Position numbers and translations under genes: made by a program. From the NCBI RefSeq assembly GCF_963921235.1, contig NC_086098.1, forward strand, positions 2,914,001-2,978,000: a DNA stretch of 64,000 bases. The letters are read 5' to 3'. The stretch's first letter is position 1, and every line of letters starts with the position of its first letter. The notes below the pieces were generated by a model. It was not told the DNA's origin, ran no database searches, and saw only the letters and a program-made list of their open reading frames with translations. Source of the DNA: Mobula hypostoma (lineage: Eukaryota). Of this stretch, positions 1-11,199 are shown piece after piece.

Positions 1-1180
1 TGTTTGTAGTATACTGTATATGGATTTCAGCAAGGTGTTTGACAAAGTACGTCATGCAAGACTGATTAAGGTAGTAAGGAGGCATGGAATCCAAGGGGAC
101 ATTGATTTGTGGATCCAGAACTGGCTTGCCCACAGAAGGCAATGAGTGGTTGTAGATGGGTCATATCCTGCATGGAGGTTGGTGACCAGTGGAGTGCCTC
201 AGGGATCTGTTCTGGGACCCCTACTCTTTGTGATTTTTATATATGATATATGATGAGGAAGTGGAGGGATGGGTTAGTAAATTTGCTGATGACACAAAGG
301 TTGGGGGTGTTGTGGATAGTGTGGAGGACTGTCAGAGGTTACAGCGGGACATTGATAGAATGCAAAACTGAGCTGAGAAGTGGCAGATGGAGTTCAACCC
401 AGATAAGTGTGAGGTGTTTCATTTTGGTAGGTCAAATATGATGGCAGAATATAGTATTAATGGCAAGACTCTTGGCAGTGTGGAGGATCAGAGGGATCTT
501 GGGGTCTGAGTCCATAGGACACTCAAAGTTGCTGCGCAGGTTGACTCTGTGGTTAAGAAGGCATACAGTGCATTGGCCTTCATCAAGTTTGAGAGCTGAG
601 AGGTAATGTTGCAACTATATAGGACTCTGGTCAGACCCCACTTGGAGTACTATGCTCAGTTCTGGTCGCCTCTCTATAGGAAGGATGTGGAAACCATAGA
701 AAGGGTGCAGAGGAGATTTACAAGGATGTTGCCTGGATTGGGGAGCATGCCTTATAAGAATAGGTTGAGTGAACTCGGCCTGTCTTCCTTGGAGCGACGG
801 AGGATGAGAGGTGACCTGATAGAGGTGTAGAATATGATGAAAGATATTGATCGTGTGGATAGTCAGAGGCTTTTTCCTGGGGCTGAAATGGCTAGCATGA
901 GAGGGCACAGTTTTAAGGTGCTTGGAAGTAGGTTCAAAGGAGATGTCAGGGGTAAGTTTTTTACGCAGAGAGTGGTGAGTTTGTGGAATGGGCTGCCGGT
1001 AACGGTGGTGGAGGCAGATATGATAGGGTTTTTTAAGTGACTCCTGGATAGGTACATGGAGCCAAGAAAAATAGAGGGCTATGGGTAACCCGAGGTAATT
1101 TCTCAGGAAAGGACACGTTCGGCACAGCTTTGTGGGCCGAAGGGCCTGTATTGCGCTGTAGGTTTTCTACGTTTCTATGT
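1..1180 (+). mobile_element. CR1-clade LINE, 3' part (RT core to C-terminus plus 3' UTR), decayed; runs off the window start
   Basis: Frames give [46 protein letters not shown] and GKFFTQRVV, with frameshifts and stops; ends in a (TTTCTAYG)-type tail. Confidence 0.95.
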
Positions 1181-1394
1181 AGATTGGACCTTCTTTGAGC
1201 AGCAAGGCCACAACTGGCCTAAAGTCTTCCCTTTATGCAGTAAATTTCTAGGTTTCTTCACTCTAGTGAAGACTAGCAGGGGCAGAATATTCATAAAAAG
1301 ATCTTGGAAGAATGAGTTAGCTTTCTTTTCAAAATTGCTACATTTCCCAATTCATGCCAACAATATAGGGAAGACAGTTAAAATTGCTTAAGGT

Positions 1395-1625
1395 ATTGAA
1401 CCCAGTCGAATACATCACGAGCACAATCCTCTGCACCGTCAGTAGTATCTGGGAAGGTGATACCTCAAGAAGGTAGCATCCTTCATAGAATATCACCACC
1501 ATCTGTCGTATGCCATCATTTCACAACGACCTTCGAGCAGGAGGTACAGAGGCCTGAAGTCCCACACCGACAGGTTCAAGAACAGCCACTTCCCTTCAAC
1601 CATTTATTCTTGAACCAACCAGCAA
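1395..1625 (+). mobile_element. Rex1/Babar-type LINE 3' fragment
   Basis: Encodes PSSRRYRGLKSHTDRFKNSHFP, the C-terminal motif shared with the longer copies at 11200 and 27820. Confidence 0.7.
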
Positions 1626-1694
1626 AACCATGCAACTTACTTTATTATTCAATTCTGTTTTCTTCTAAAATATTCGGTATAATTTATATAATAA

Positions 1695-1982
1695 TACTGC
1701 GCCCGGTGCTCCCGATGTGGCCTTTTATATATTGGTGAGACCCGACGCAGACTGGGAGACCGCTTTGCTGAACATCTACGCTCTGTCCGCCAGAGAAAGC
1801 AAGATCTCCCAGTGGCCACACATTTTAATTCCACATCCCATTCCCATTCTGACATGTCTATCCACGGCCTCCTCTACTGTAAAGATGAAGCCACACTCAG
1901 GTTGGAGGAACAACACCTTATATTCCGTCTGGGTAGCCTCCAACCTGATGGCATGAACATTGACTTCTCTAACTTCCGCTAG
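1695..1982 (+). pseudogene. PLE GIY-YIG endonuclease C-terminal domain (95 open codons, no start codon)
   Basis: Manual translation YCARCSRCGLLYIGETRRRLGDRFAEHLRSV...VATHFN...RLEEQHLIFRLGSLQPDGMNIDFSNFR*; CxxC, YIG and the R/H/E/N pattern of PLE endonucleases. Confidence 0.92.
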
Positions 1983-2274
1983 GCCCCACCTCCCCCTCGT
2001 ACCCCATCTGTTACTCATTTTTATGCACACATTCTTTCTCTCACTCTCCTTTTTCACCCTCTGTCCCTCTGAATATACCTCTTGCCCATCCTCTGGGTCA
2101 CCCCCCCCCCCCGGTCTTTCTTCCCGGACCTCCTGTCCCATGATCCTCTCGTATCCCTTTTGCCTATCACCTGTCCAAATCTCAGCTCTATCCCTCCCCC
2201 TCCTGTCTTCTCCTATCATTTTGCATCTCCCCCCCCTCCAGCTTTCAAATCCCTTACTCACTCTTCCTTCAGTT

Positions 2275-2310
2275 AGACCTGCCGAAGGGTCTCGGCCTGA
2301 AACGTCGACT
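2275..2310 (+). ncRNA. Minimal type I hammerhead ribozyme motif, core mutated (CTGCCGA)
   Basis: AGAC-CTGCCGA-AGGgtctcggCCT-GAAAC-GTC-GACT. Confidence 0.7.
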
Positions 2311-2429
2311 GCGCCTCTTCCTATAGATGCTGCTTGGCCTGCTGCGTTCACCAGCAACTTTGATGTGTGTTGCCGGTATAATTTATGTTTTTTTTCTGAA
2401 TGGTGCCTACATAATAATACGTGTGGGCA

Positions 2430-3260
2430 GGAAGAATCATTACAGAGACTACCCGCTGTACAAACTATCTTTTCCAAAAACTCCAATCTGGAAAGAGTTA
2501 CCAGGCTATTAAAACAAAAAAATTTGTGCCATCTTAAAAGTTTCTTCCCTCAGGCAGTTAATCTGATCAATCAATCTTGTTAGCCCCACTGTCTATGACC
2601 TCGGTCTCTGCACTGCACAGTAAATACATTAAACCGTTTTTTGTAATACTGTTTGCATTGTGAATACATGCTGGTACTTACGAGGGGTGATTGATAAGTT
2701 TGTGGCCTAAGGTTGAATGAGTCAATTTTAGAAAACCTAGCGCATTTATTTTTCAACATAGGCCCTTCCTAGATGTACACACTTAGTCCAGCGGTCGTGG
2801 AGCATACGGATCCCTTCTTTGTAGAAGTGGTCCACCGCAAGGGTGATTGATAAGTTCATGAACTAAGGTAGAAGGAGATGAGTTATTAACTTCAAACTTT
2901 CTGCACTATCACTCAAAGAGTTGAACTACACGTGCATGTAACGAGAGCATCTTGGACCTCCAGGTGTTCCACAGCAGGGGTGATTGATAAGTTCGTGGCC
3001 TAAGGTAGAAGGAGATGCGTTATACAGCTCTCGTTACATGCACGTGCAGTTCAACTCTTTGATTGATTATGCAGAAAGTTTGAAGTTAATAACTCATCTC
3101 CTTCTACCTTAGGCCACAAACTTATCAATCACCCCTCGTATATCCATATTCCATACCTGCATGTAAAACTCTAATCTTATTTTTTTATATAATTCTTTAT
3201 TCTTTATAATTGTTGAAAATTGTTTTTTGTTGCGTGTCACACCACAGCAAATCCCTGATA
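2430..3260 (+). mobile_element. Rex1/Babar-type LINE 3' fragment, interrupted by a MITE
   Basis: LKSFFPQAVNLIN C-terminal motif; the 3' UTR resumes after 3140. Confidence 0.6.
2681..3138. mobile_element. Mariner-type MITE
   Basis: TIRs CGAGGGGTGATTGATAAGTTTGTGGCCTAAGG and its complement, flanked by TA at 2679-2680 and 3139-3140; internal TIR copies. Confidence 0.9.
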
Positions 3261-3269
3261 CCTCCCTAT

Positions 3270-3485
3270 ATAGAACATAGCACGTAGAACATTGCCACAC
3301 AGGTACAGGCCCTTTGGCCCAGACTAGGGTGCTGTCCTTTTAACCTACTCTAAGATCAATATAACCCTTCCCTCCTACATAGTCCTTCATTTTTCTATCA
3401 TCTATGTACCTATCTAAGAGCTCTTTAAATGCCCTAATGTATCTGCCTCTACTATTGCCCCTGGCAAGGCATTCTATGCACTCAA
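3270..3485 (-). mobile_element. CR1 3' tail fragment
   Basis: (ATAGAAC) tail plus GGCCCTTTGGCCC and reverse complement of the DRYM motif. Confidence 0.75.
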
Positions 3486-3544
3486 TTTACCATGAATATG
3501 GCAAATAAAGTTTATGGTTGAACCTTGTAAAATGTGTCCCACAA

Positions 3545-3995
3545 TGCCTTTGAACTCTACCATCAAACAGGAAGTACTGTAGTATTAGAACAAGGACTGT
3601 GAGGATGGGAAACAGCTTTTTTCCCTGAGGCCATGAGACGACTAAGCTCTCTGTCACCACCCAGCTCCCATCACATATGAGGCACCAGTAATGCTATACT
3701 GTTATATTGTCTTGATGAAGGGTCTTGGCCCAACATGTCTGACCTTCTGAGTTCCTCCAGGACATTGTGATTGTTATGATGTTTACTTTTTAACTTGTGT
3801 TGTAAATGCACTTTATCTTAAATGTCAATCTTGTGAAATATATTTCATTGTTTGTTAATTTATTTTTGGTAATATTACTTTATGTGTTGTGTGTGTGAGT
3901 TATATGTACTGTTTCGTGCACCTTGGCCCAGAGGAACATTGTTTTGTTCGGTGGTATACATGTATAAAGTTGAACAACAATAGACTTGAACTGGA
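3545..3995 (+). mobile_element. Rex1/Babar-type 3' end with a small degenerate PLE-repeat insert (~3709-3770)
   Basis: LPSNRKYCSIRTRT..GNSFF motif, (CTTGAA) tail; insert TTGATGAAGGGTCTTGGCCC. Confidence 0.6.
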
Positions 3996-4025
3996 ACCTA
4001 AATGTACGGAGAAGATTTTAAATGC

Positions 4026-4255
4026 AAACAACAGGAATTCTGCAGATGCTGGAAATTCAAGCAACACACATAAAAGTTGCTGGTGAACGCAGCAGGCCAG
4101 GCAGCATCTCTAGGAAGAGGTGCAGTCAACGTTTCAGGCCGAGACCCTTCGTCAGGAATGACAAAGGGTCTCGGCCTGAAACGTCGACTGCACCTCTTCC
4201 TAGAGATGCTGCCTGGCCTGCTGCATTCACCAGCGACTTTTATGTGTGTTGCTTG
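4026..4255. mobile_element. Palindromic PLE terminal-repeat insertion
   Basis: 97-bp inverted arms 4058-4154 and 4159-4255 with a 4-nt spacer; sequence matches the PLE end at 2280-2373. Confidence 0.9.
4123..4160 (-). ncRNA. Minimal type I hammerhead ribozyme motif with intact catalytic core
   Basis: Minus strand CATTC-CTGACGA-AGGgtctcggCCT-GAAAC-GTT-GACTG; stem I 4/5 paired; GUU triplet. Confidence 0.78.
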
Positions 4256-4269
4256 TACAGGGAAGACTC

Positions 4270-4745
4270 AAGATTGTTTAATGTCATTTCCAGTACACAA
4301 GAGTAAAGGAGAACAAAATAATTGCTACTCCGAATTTGAGACCACACAAAAATACACAATGAGATAAAGAACCTAATAATAAAAAAACACCCGTAAATAT
4401 AAATACATAAGCTAACTTATATACATAGATTGATTGTACATACACAAAGTGGCGCTGGGCACAGGTGCATCTGTACATAAGGTGACTGACAGGAAATGAT
4501 AAAGTAGTGGTGGTTGGGGGTGTGGAGGGGTGGGTTAGTGGGTGGAGGTGTTAATCAGGCTTACTGGTTAGGGATAGTAAACTATTTTTGAGCCTGGTAG
4601 TCCTGGAGCAGATGCTACATAGATTCTTCCCCGATGTGAGTGGGATAAACAGTCCACGAGCAGGTTGGTGGGATCCTTCATGATACTGTTGTTCTTTTTT
4701 TCCCGCACCTTTCTGTATATATGTCCTTGATGGTGGATAGGCAGA
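4270..4745 (-). mobile_element. Rex1/Babar-type 3' end
   Basis: Minus frame HQPARGLFIPLTSGKNLCSICSRTTRLKNS. Confidence 0.75.
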
Positions 4746-4769
4746 ATGGCTGGTAATTATTATCCCTCT

Positions 4770-5890
4770 CATAGAGTTATAGAGAAGTACAGCGTAGAAA
4801 CAAGCCCTTTGGCCCATCTAGTCCATGCCAAAGCCATTTAAACTGCCTAGTCCCAGCAACCTGCACTGAAACCACGGCCCTCCATATCCCTACTATCCAT
4901 GTACCTATCCAAACTTTTCTTAAACGTTGATATCAAGCTCGCGTCCATCACTTGTGCTGACAGTTCATTCCACACTCTCACCACCCTCTAAGTGAAGAAG
5001 TTTCCCCTCATGTTCCACTTAAATTCTTCACCTTTCACCTTTAACACATGACCTCTAGTAGTTGTCCCACCCAATCTCAGCAGAAAAAGCCTGCTTGATT
5101 TACCCTATCCGTACTACACATAATTTTGTACACATCTATCAAATCTCCTCCCAATTTTCTATGTTCTGAATAATACAGTCCTATCCTATTCAGACTTTTC
5201 TTGTAACTCAGGCCCTCTAGATGCAGTAACATCCTTGTAAATTTTCACTGCACTCTTTCAACCTTGTTTACATCTTTCCTGTAGGTAGAGGACTAAAACT
5301 GCACACAATACTCCAGATTAAGCCACACTAAAGTCTTTTTCAACTTCAACATAACATCCCATCTCTGTACTCAATACATTGATTTAAGAAAGCCAATGTG
5401 CCAAAAGCTTTCTTTTCGACCCTCTCTACCTATGGTACCATTCTCAATGAGTTATGCACCTGTTTTCCTAGATCCCTTTGTTCTACCACACTCCTCAGTA
5501 TCCTAGCGTTCACTGTGTAAGATCTACCCTGGTTGGTCCTACCAATGTGCAAAACCTTGAACTTGTCGGCATTAAGTTCCATCTGCCATTTTTTCATTAT
5601 TTTTCCAGCTGATGCAGATCCCCTGCCAGCCATGATAGCCTTCCTCGCTGTCCACTACACCCCCCAATCCTTGTGTCACTCGCAAATTTGCTGATCCAGT
5701 TGACCACGTTGTCATCAGATCATTGGTATAGATAACAAACAACAAAGAACACAGCACTAGTCACAGGCCTCAAGTCAGAGAGGAAACTATTTCATACCAT
5801 TCTCTGTCTTCTATCACAAAGCCTATGTTTTATCTAATTTACTACCTCATCCTGAATGCTGAGTGACTAAGCCTACTTGACCAGCCTCCC
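4770..5890 (-). mobile_element. CR1 LINE 3' part, decayed
   Basis: Minus frames LFVIYTNDL, KWQMELNADKFKVLHIGRTNQGR; CR1 3' UTR near 4770-4900. Confidence 0.9.
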
Positions 5891-6197
5891 AACCCCATCT
5901 CAAGCTTTTTCCCTGTAAATTTTGATGCCATGACTAATCAAGACCCTGTCAACCCCCACTTTAAATATTCTCAATGACTTGGCCTCCACTGCTGTCTGTG
6001 ACAATGAATTCCACAGATTCAATGCTGTACACAGTCCTTCAGGCCCAATCTCCCCAGTGTTCGACAAACATGTATCTGATTATTATACTCCATGCCCATT
6101 ATAAAGAAAGATTAATATTCTAATTGCTTTACCAATTCCCTACTGGAATGCAGTGAGGGTGGGGTGGGGATACAAGGGTAAGGTTCTAAAACATTCA

Positions 6198-7168
6198 AGA
6201 CCATCAGATATAGGAGCTGAATTAGGCCATTTGGCCCATCAAGTCTGCTCCTCCATTCCATTATGGCTGATCTATATCCCTCTCAGCCACAATCTCCTGT
6301 ATCCCTTCATGCCCTGACCCATCAAGAATCCATCAACCACTGCCTTAAATATATGTAAAGACTTAGCATCCATAGCTGCCTGTTGCAACAAATTCCATAT
6401 ATTCACCACTCTCTGGCTGAAGAAATTCCTCCTCACCTCCATTCTAAATGGACATCCCTCTATTTTGAAGCTCTGTACTCTGGTCTTAGACTCTGCACCA
6501 CAGAAAACATCCTCTCCATATTCACTCTGCGAAGGCCTTTCAACATTCCATAAATTTCAATGAGATTCACCCCCCCACCACCACCATTCTTCTGAATTCC
6601 AGCAAGTACAGGCCCAGAGTCAGCAAACGCTCTTCATATGACAAGCCATTCAATTCTGGAATCGTGGAGCTCCTATGAACCCTCTCCAATGTCAGCACAT
6701 CCTTCCAATGAGAAGGGGCCCAAAGCTGTACATAATATTGCAAGTGAGGCCTCGCCAGAACCATATAAAGCTTCAACAGCAAACACGAGGAAATTTGCAG
6801 AAGCTGGAATTTCAAGCAACACACATAAAAGTTGCTGGTGAACGCAGCAGGCCTGCATCTCTAGGTACGTTGACTGCACCTCTTCCTAGGGATGCTGCCT
6901 GGCCTGCTGCGTTCAGCAGCAACTTTGATGTGTGTTGCTTAAAGCTTCAACAGAGCATTTTGTGTATGTTGCTTGGATTTCCAGCACTCGTAGATTTTCT
7001 TTTGCTCAACATTACATCCCTGCTTTTCTAGTCCTCTTGAAATGAATGCTAACATTGCATTTGCCTTCCTCACGACAGGCTCAACCTGCAGATTAACCTG
7101 TAGGGAATCCTGCGCGAGGACCCCCGAGTCTCTCTGTACCTCAGGTTTTTGAATTTTCTCTCCATTTA
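6198..7168 (-). mobile_element. CR1 LINE 3' part interrupted by PLE-repeat insertions
   Basis: LYMVLARPHLQYYVQLWAP..KDVLTLERV; (AGACCAT) tail. Confidence 0.88.
6780..6939. mobile_element. Palindromic PLE terminal-repeat insertion, ribozyme core deleted
   Basis: Inverted arms; 14-bp TSD TAAAGCTTCAACAG at 6766-6779 and 6940-6953. Confidence 0.85.
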
Positions 7169-7349
7169 CAAAATAGTCTCAATAGGGAGAAAGTTCAAAA
7201 CTCTAGGCACCCTCAGCATAAAGCTGCCCTCCTCCTGACAGCAGCGGCTACTGTGGTCAGAACAGTTTCTGCCAGGCATTCTCAAGGCTGGCTGACCAAG
7301 GGTAGCAGGAAGGCACGGCACAACATGGGAGAGGTTGGTCACCAAGGCT

Positions 7350-7585
7350 TGTGACATGGTAGCTTAACACTTTACAGCACCAATGATGAGGGTTCAATTG
7401 CCACCCCTGCCAGCAAGGAGGCTGTCCTCCCTGTGTGGGTTTCTTCTGTGTGCACCGGTTTCCACCCACATCCCAAAGCTGTAGGGGTTAGTAAGTTCAT
7501 TGGTCATATGGGTGTAATGAGATGACGCGGGCTCACTGGGCCAGCAGGACTTGTTACTATGCTGTATCTCTAAATAAAAATAAAA
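7350..7585 (+). mobile_element. tRNA-headed SINE (elasmobranch SINE-like)
   Basis: A-box-like GGTAGCTTAACAC, B-box-like GGGTTCAATTGCC, central GTGTGGGTTTC..CCGGTTTCC.CCCACATCCCAAAG, CTGTATCTCTAAATAAA tail. Confidence 0.7.
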
Positions 7586-7698
7586 ATAGCTCAGTCCACC
7601 ACACTTGGCTCAGAGAATTGCCTTTACAGTTCTAGAAAAAGAATCTAAGCTGATATCCCCATGCTCCCTGTTGGAGCTGCTATTTTACCGATGAAATT

Positions 7699-8382
7699 GG
7701 GGAGAAGATGGTGGCGTGACGACAGCACACGCGACCTCTCCGGTGAATGATATCTGTTATCTGTCAAGTAGGGGACCATGCGCAATTCTGATTTGATGGA
7801 GACAGACGTGAGAGCACAGCGGAACATCTGGAAAACTTCTGAAATGTCTGCTTTGCTACCGCTGCTACTGTGTGGTAACCAGGATCTCTGGAGCTGTAGG
7901 CCTCGAAATCCTCGGCTTTGCGTGTTTCAGCAGCCGGGGAGAGGTCGAAGGCACTCGGCAGAGGATGGCGCTCGGGAGGCTGTATCGGAGAGGCTGCTCG
8001 GAAGCTCGGAGTTTTCGGACGGATGGACTCAGGGTCGCTGTGGTTGGCTGCTTCCAAGGTATCGGCAAGTTGACGGTGCCTGGAGGTTTATGGCGGAAGT
8101 TTCTCCCTTTTGCCGCCTGCTATCGGGGACTTGGGAGTCGATCGACTGGGGAACTTTTGAGACTATTTTTTTTACTGTGCCCATGGTCTGTTCTTCATCA
8201 AATTATGCTATTGCTTTGCACTGCTGTAACTATATGTTATAATTATGTGGTTCTGTCAGTGTTAGTCTTTGGTCTGTCTTGTTTTCTGTGATATCACTCT
8301 GGAGAAACATTGTATCATTTCTTAATGCATGTATGTATTTCTAAATGACAATAAAAGAGGACTGAGTGTTCTCATAAATCTA
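7699..8382 (+). mobile_element. ~680-bp non-coding retroposon family (GGAGAAGATGG head, AATCT tail)
   Basis: Clear homology to 24841-25475 and 11948-12234; ends ACAATAAAAGAGGACTGAGTGTTCTCATAAATCT. Confidence 0.8.
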
Positions 8383-8465
8383 GATTTTAAACCAAACTTC
8401 TATATATTAACTAATAGCAAGAGTCAAGGGAGAAACTGCCTTTGTGTTTGTCAATGTTTCCCCCT

Positions 8466-8875
8466 CACTCAATGCAATAAAGGCAGATTTTATTAGGTAC
8501 AGAACACCTGTACACCAACGCGGTAATGCAGATAACTAATCAGCCAATTTTGTGACAGCAACTCAATACATAAAAGCATTCAGACATGGGCAAGAGGTTC
8601 AATTGTTGTTCAAAGCAAATATTGGAATGGTGAAGAAATGTGATCAAAGTGACTTTGACCATGGAGTAGTTGTTGGTGCCAGACAGGGTGGTTTGATTAC
8701 ACTTATTTCCTGGGATCTTCATGCACAATATTCTCTAGAGTTTACAGAGAATGGTGCAAAAAACAACAAAATAATCCAGTGAGCAGCAGCTCTGTGGGTG
8801 AAAATGCTTTGTTAATGTGGGAGGTCAGAAGAGAATGGCCAGACTGGTTCAAGCTGACAGGAAGGTGACAGTTCA
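8466..8875 (+). mobile_element. Tc1-like non-autonomous DNA transposon fragment
   Basis: TTTATTAGGTACA..CTAATCAGCCAAT; remnant MVKKCDQSDFDHGVVVGARQGG (Tc1 transposase N-terminal HTH). Confidence 0.8.
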
Positions 8876-9315
8876 CTTTATGGTCTTATTTGTGAGGGAT
8901 AATAAATCAGCCATGATGGAATGGTGGAGAAGACTCAATGGGCTGAATGGCCTAATTTAGCTCTTATGTCTTATGGTCTACTCCTGAGCAGCAGTGCTAG
9001 TCACACACTTTGACAATATCAATGTTCTTCTATACTTCATTACAAACACCCCATGGAAGAAATTTGAGGGCAAAGTACAATGTGCTGACACGACATTATA
9101 ACACATTTTAAATGACTGATCAGGTGAATTACTTGGCAGTTATCTGCTCTTTTAAATTGTTGGTTGTGGGATCTTCCAGGTCTGACATTTAAAATGTTAT
9201 AAAGATATAGCCTATTAAATCTTAACTTTGTCCTTGAGAACTCTCTTTCTCTCTTTGTGAAATATTAACTAAAATTCATGTGAAGGCAAAATCTAGCCTA
9301 TCCTGATGGTTTGTA

Positions 9316-9510
9316 CAACACACACAAAAGGCTGAAGGAGCTCAGCAGTCAATTCTTCGGGCTAAAACCTTTCAGTCCTGAAGAAGAATCTTGGCCTGAA
9401 GCATTGACTGTTTATTCCTCTCCATAGTCACAGCCTGACATGCTGAGTTCCTCCAGCATTTTGTGCGTGTTGCTCTGGATTTCCAGCATTTGTAGAATCT
9501 CTTGTGTTTA
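9316..9510. mobile_element. Older PLE terminal-repeat palindrome with degenerate hammerhead at 9373-9410 (+)
   Basis: CAGTC-CTGAAGA-AGAATCTTGGCCT-GAAGC-ATT-GACTG; flanking inverted arms. Confidence 0.75.
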
Positions 9511-9756
9511 TGATGTTTCAGAAGACAGTTTGAATGCATAGGAATGGAAGAGGCTACAGAGAGTATCAGACTCTGCCAAAGAGTCCAAATGTGTAGGAAT
9601 ATTTCTCTTCCTCAAACAATGATCCATAAATAAATATAGTTTACATTTACAGGAAAACAATATTATCCATAATTTTGTTTGTACCCTAACTGCAGCGGAA
9701 TGAATTAATTTGATTATTAAGATATTTATCCTAACATTCAAGATAAAGCCAGATAC

Positions 9757-9925
9757 AGACTCAGTGGCCACTTTATTAGGTACACCTGTACACCTGCTCA
9801 TTAATGGAAATATCTAATCAGCCAATCATGTGCCGGCAACCCAATGCAGACATGGTCAAAAGGTTTAGTTGTTGTTCAGGCCAAACAGCAGAAAGGGGAA
9901 GAACTATGATCTAAGTGACTTTTGT
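9757..9925 (+). mobile_element. Tc1-like fragment (left end)
   Basis: ACTCAGTGGCCACTTTATTAGGTACACCTG TIR; same family as 8466. Confidence 0.8.
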
Positions 9926-10764
9926 TTGGCAGTATACATGTATACAATGACAACAAACTTGAACTTGAATGCAGATGAAAAGGAGTGCAATGAGCTGTGG
10001 AATGTTACCGGGATAAGAGGAGATTAAGAGTGAAGGAGTATCCAACCTTTGCTGGTGGTGAATAACTGGACACATGAACAACAGGTTGGGAGTTATATTT
10101 CCATGGTTGGCCACCATTACAACTCACTTAACTTTGGGTGGAATTCTCCTCAGCTCTTAGGCAGTCTCCCAGGTGGTGAAAAGCAACGTTTTCAGCACCT
10201 GACACTGACTAACTTATCTCACTGCACTGTGCCAGCTGATCTGACTGCGTCACTGATGCCTCAAGGCATTCTGAAATGATGAGCCACGTTATTGAAAAAT
10301 GTGAAAGAAAATTACTTTTTTGTTGCTGTTGGGGAGGAAGGTAAACTCCTCACAAAACTGGTGGAATGGCTTTGACGGAGAAAGAGAAATGTAAATTGAA
10401 ATGATTATATCAAATTTTCTGTCACCTCTGGGATTAGCTCACCTCTACAGCCGACCATCTGTTCAGCAAAGATTCTCTGCTCTTCATAATATTGTTCCCA
10501 TTTTGCAGCCCATATTAAGCAGAAGAAAAACAGACCAGAACACTACTCCGTGAGTACAGCAGTTAAAGAACTTCATCAACTTAGCTGCAAATCTGTTTTC
10601 GATGTTAACTCTCCAATAAAATTAGAACCTCCCATAAAATGTAAAACTTCGAAAAGCAAAGCAAGTTTTTAATTAATTTCTGTAAAATTCCGTTAAAACG
10701 ATCACTGAAATTAGAATTAAAATAGAGCTAGAAATGCAACAGGGCACTGATATCATGCATTATG

Positions 10765-10968
10765 ACAGTGTAGCAGTTTGTACATGACTTTAGAGTGCCA
10801 CGATCACTGATCAGGGTTCGAGATGTAGCGGTTAGGGTTACTAAATTGTGGGCATGCCAGAAGTGGAACAACACTTGTTGACAGCCCAGCACAATCCTAA
10901 TTCATTTGAATTGACACAAAATTAAGCATTGTAATATCAATGTATACATGACAAATAAGCTAATCTTT
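10765..10968 (+). mobile_element. SINE, second subfamily (contains GTTAGGGTTA)
   Basis: tRNA-like head GTGTAGCAGTT..GGGTTCGA; tail GTGACAAATAAGCTAATCTT; similar to 62118-62410. Confidence 0.6.
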
Positions 10969-11199
10969 ACAATAAAATAATTATAAACTCACAAAGCTAA
11001 AAACCTTCACGATTTTCAAAACCGTGTGATGTAAGTAAAACCCAATTAACATGTATAGCTTAAACATTAACTAAATCTATCTGCTTTCATAGGTTTTACA
11101 TACAATGGTTAAATTATTGCAATTCACAGCCTACACTCAGGGGTAGACCTGTACACCTGTCTGTCAATGCAAATATCTAATCAACCAATCGTGTGGCTG

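Larger units (their letters stand above)
1688..2373 (+). mobile_element. Penelope-like element, 5'-truncated (GIY-YIG end, pyrimidine-rich 3' UTR, terminal repeat)
   Basis: GIY-YIG reading frame followed by a hammerhead-bearing terminal repeat; flanked by 13-bp direct repeat CGGTATAATTTAT (1675-1687, 2374-2386). Confidence 0.92.

Noticed and set aside
1776..2583. 236-aa (-) and 207-aa (+) ORFs
   Set aside because: Off-frame or antisense readings of the PLE 3' UTR; the real frame is 1695-1982.
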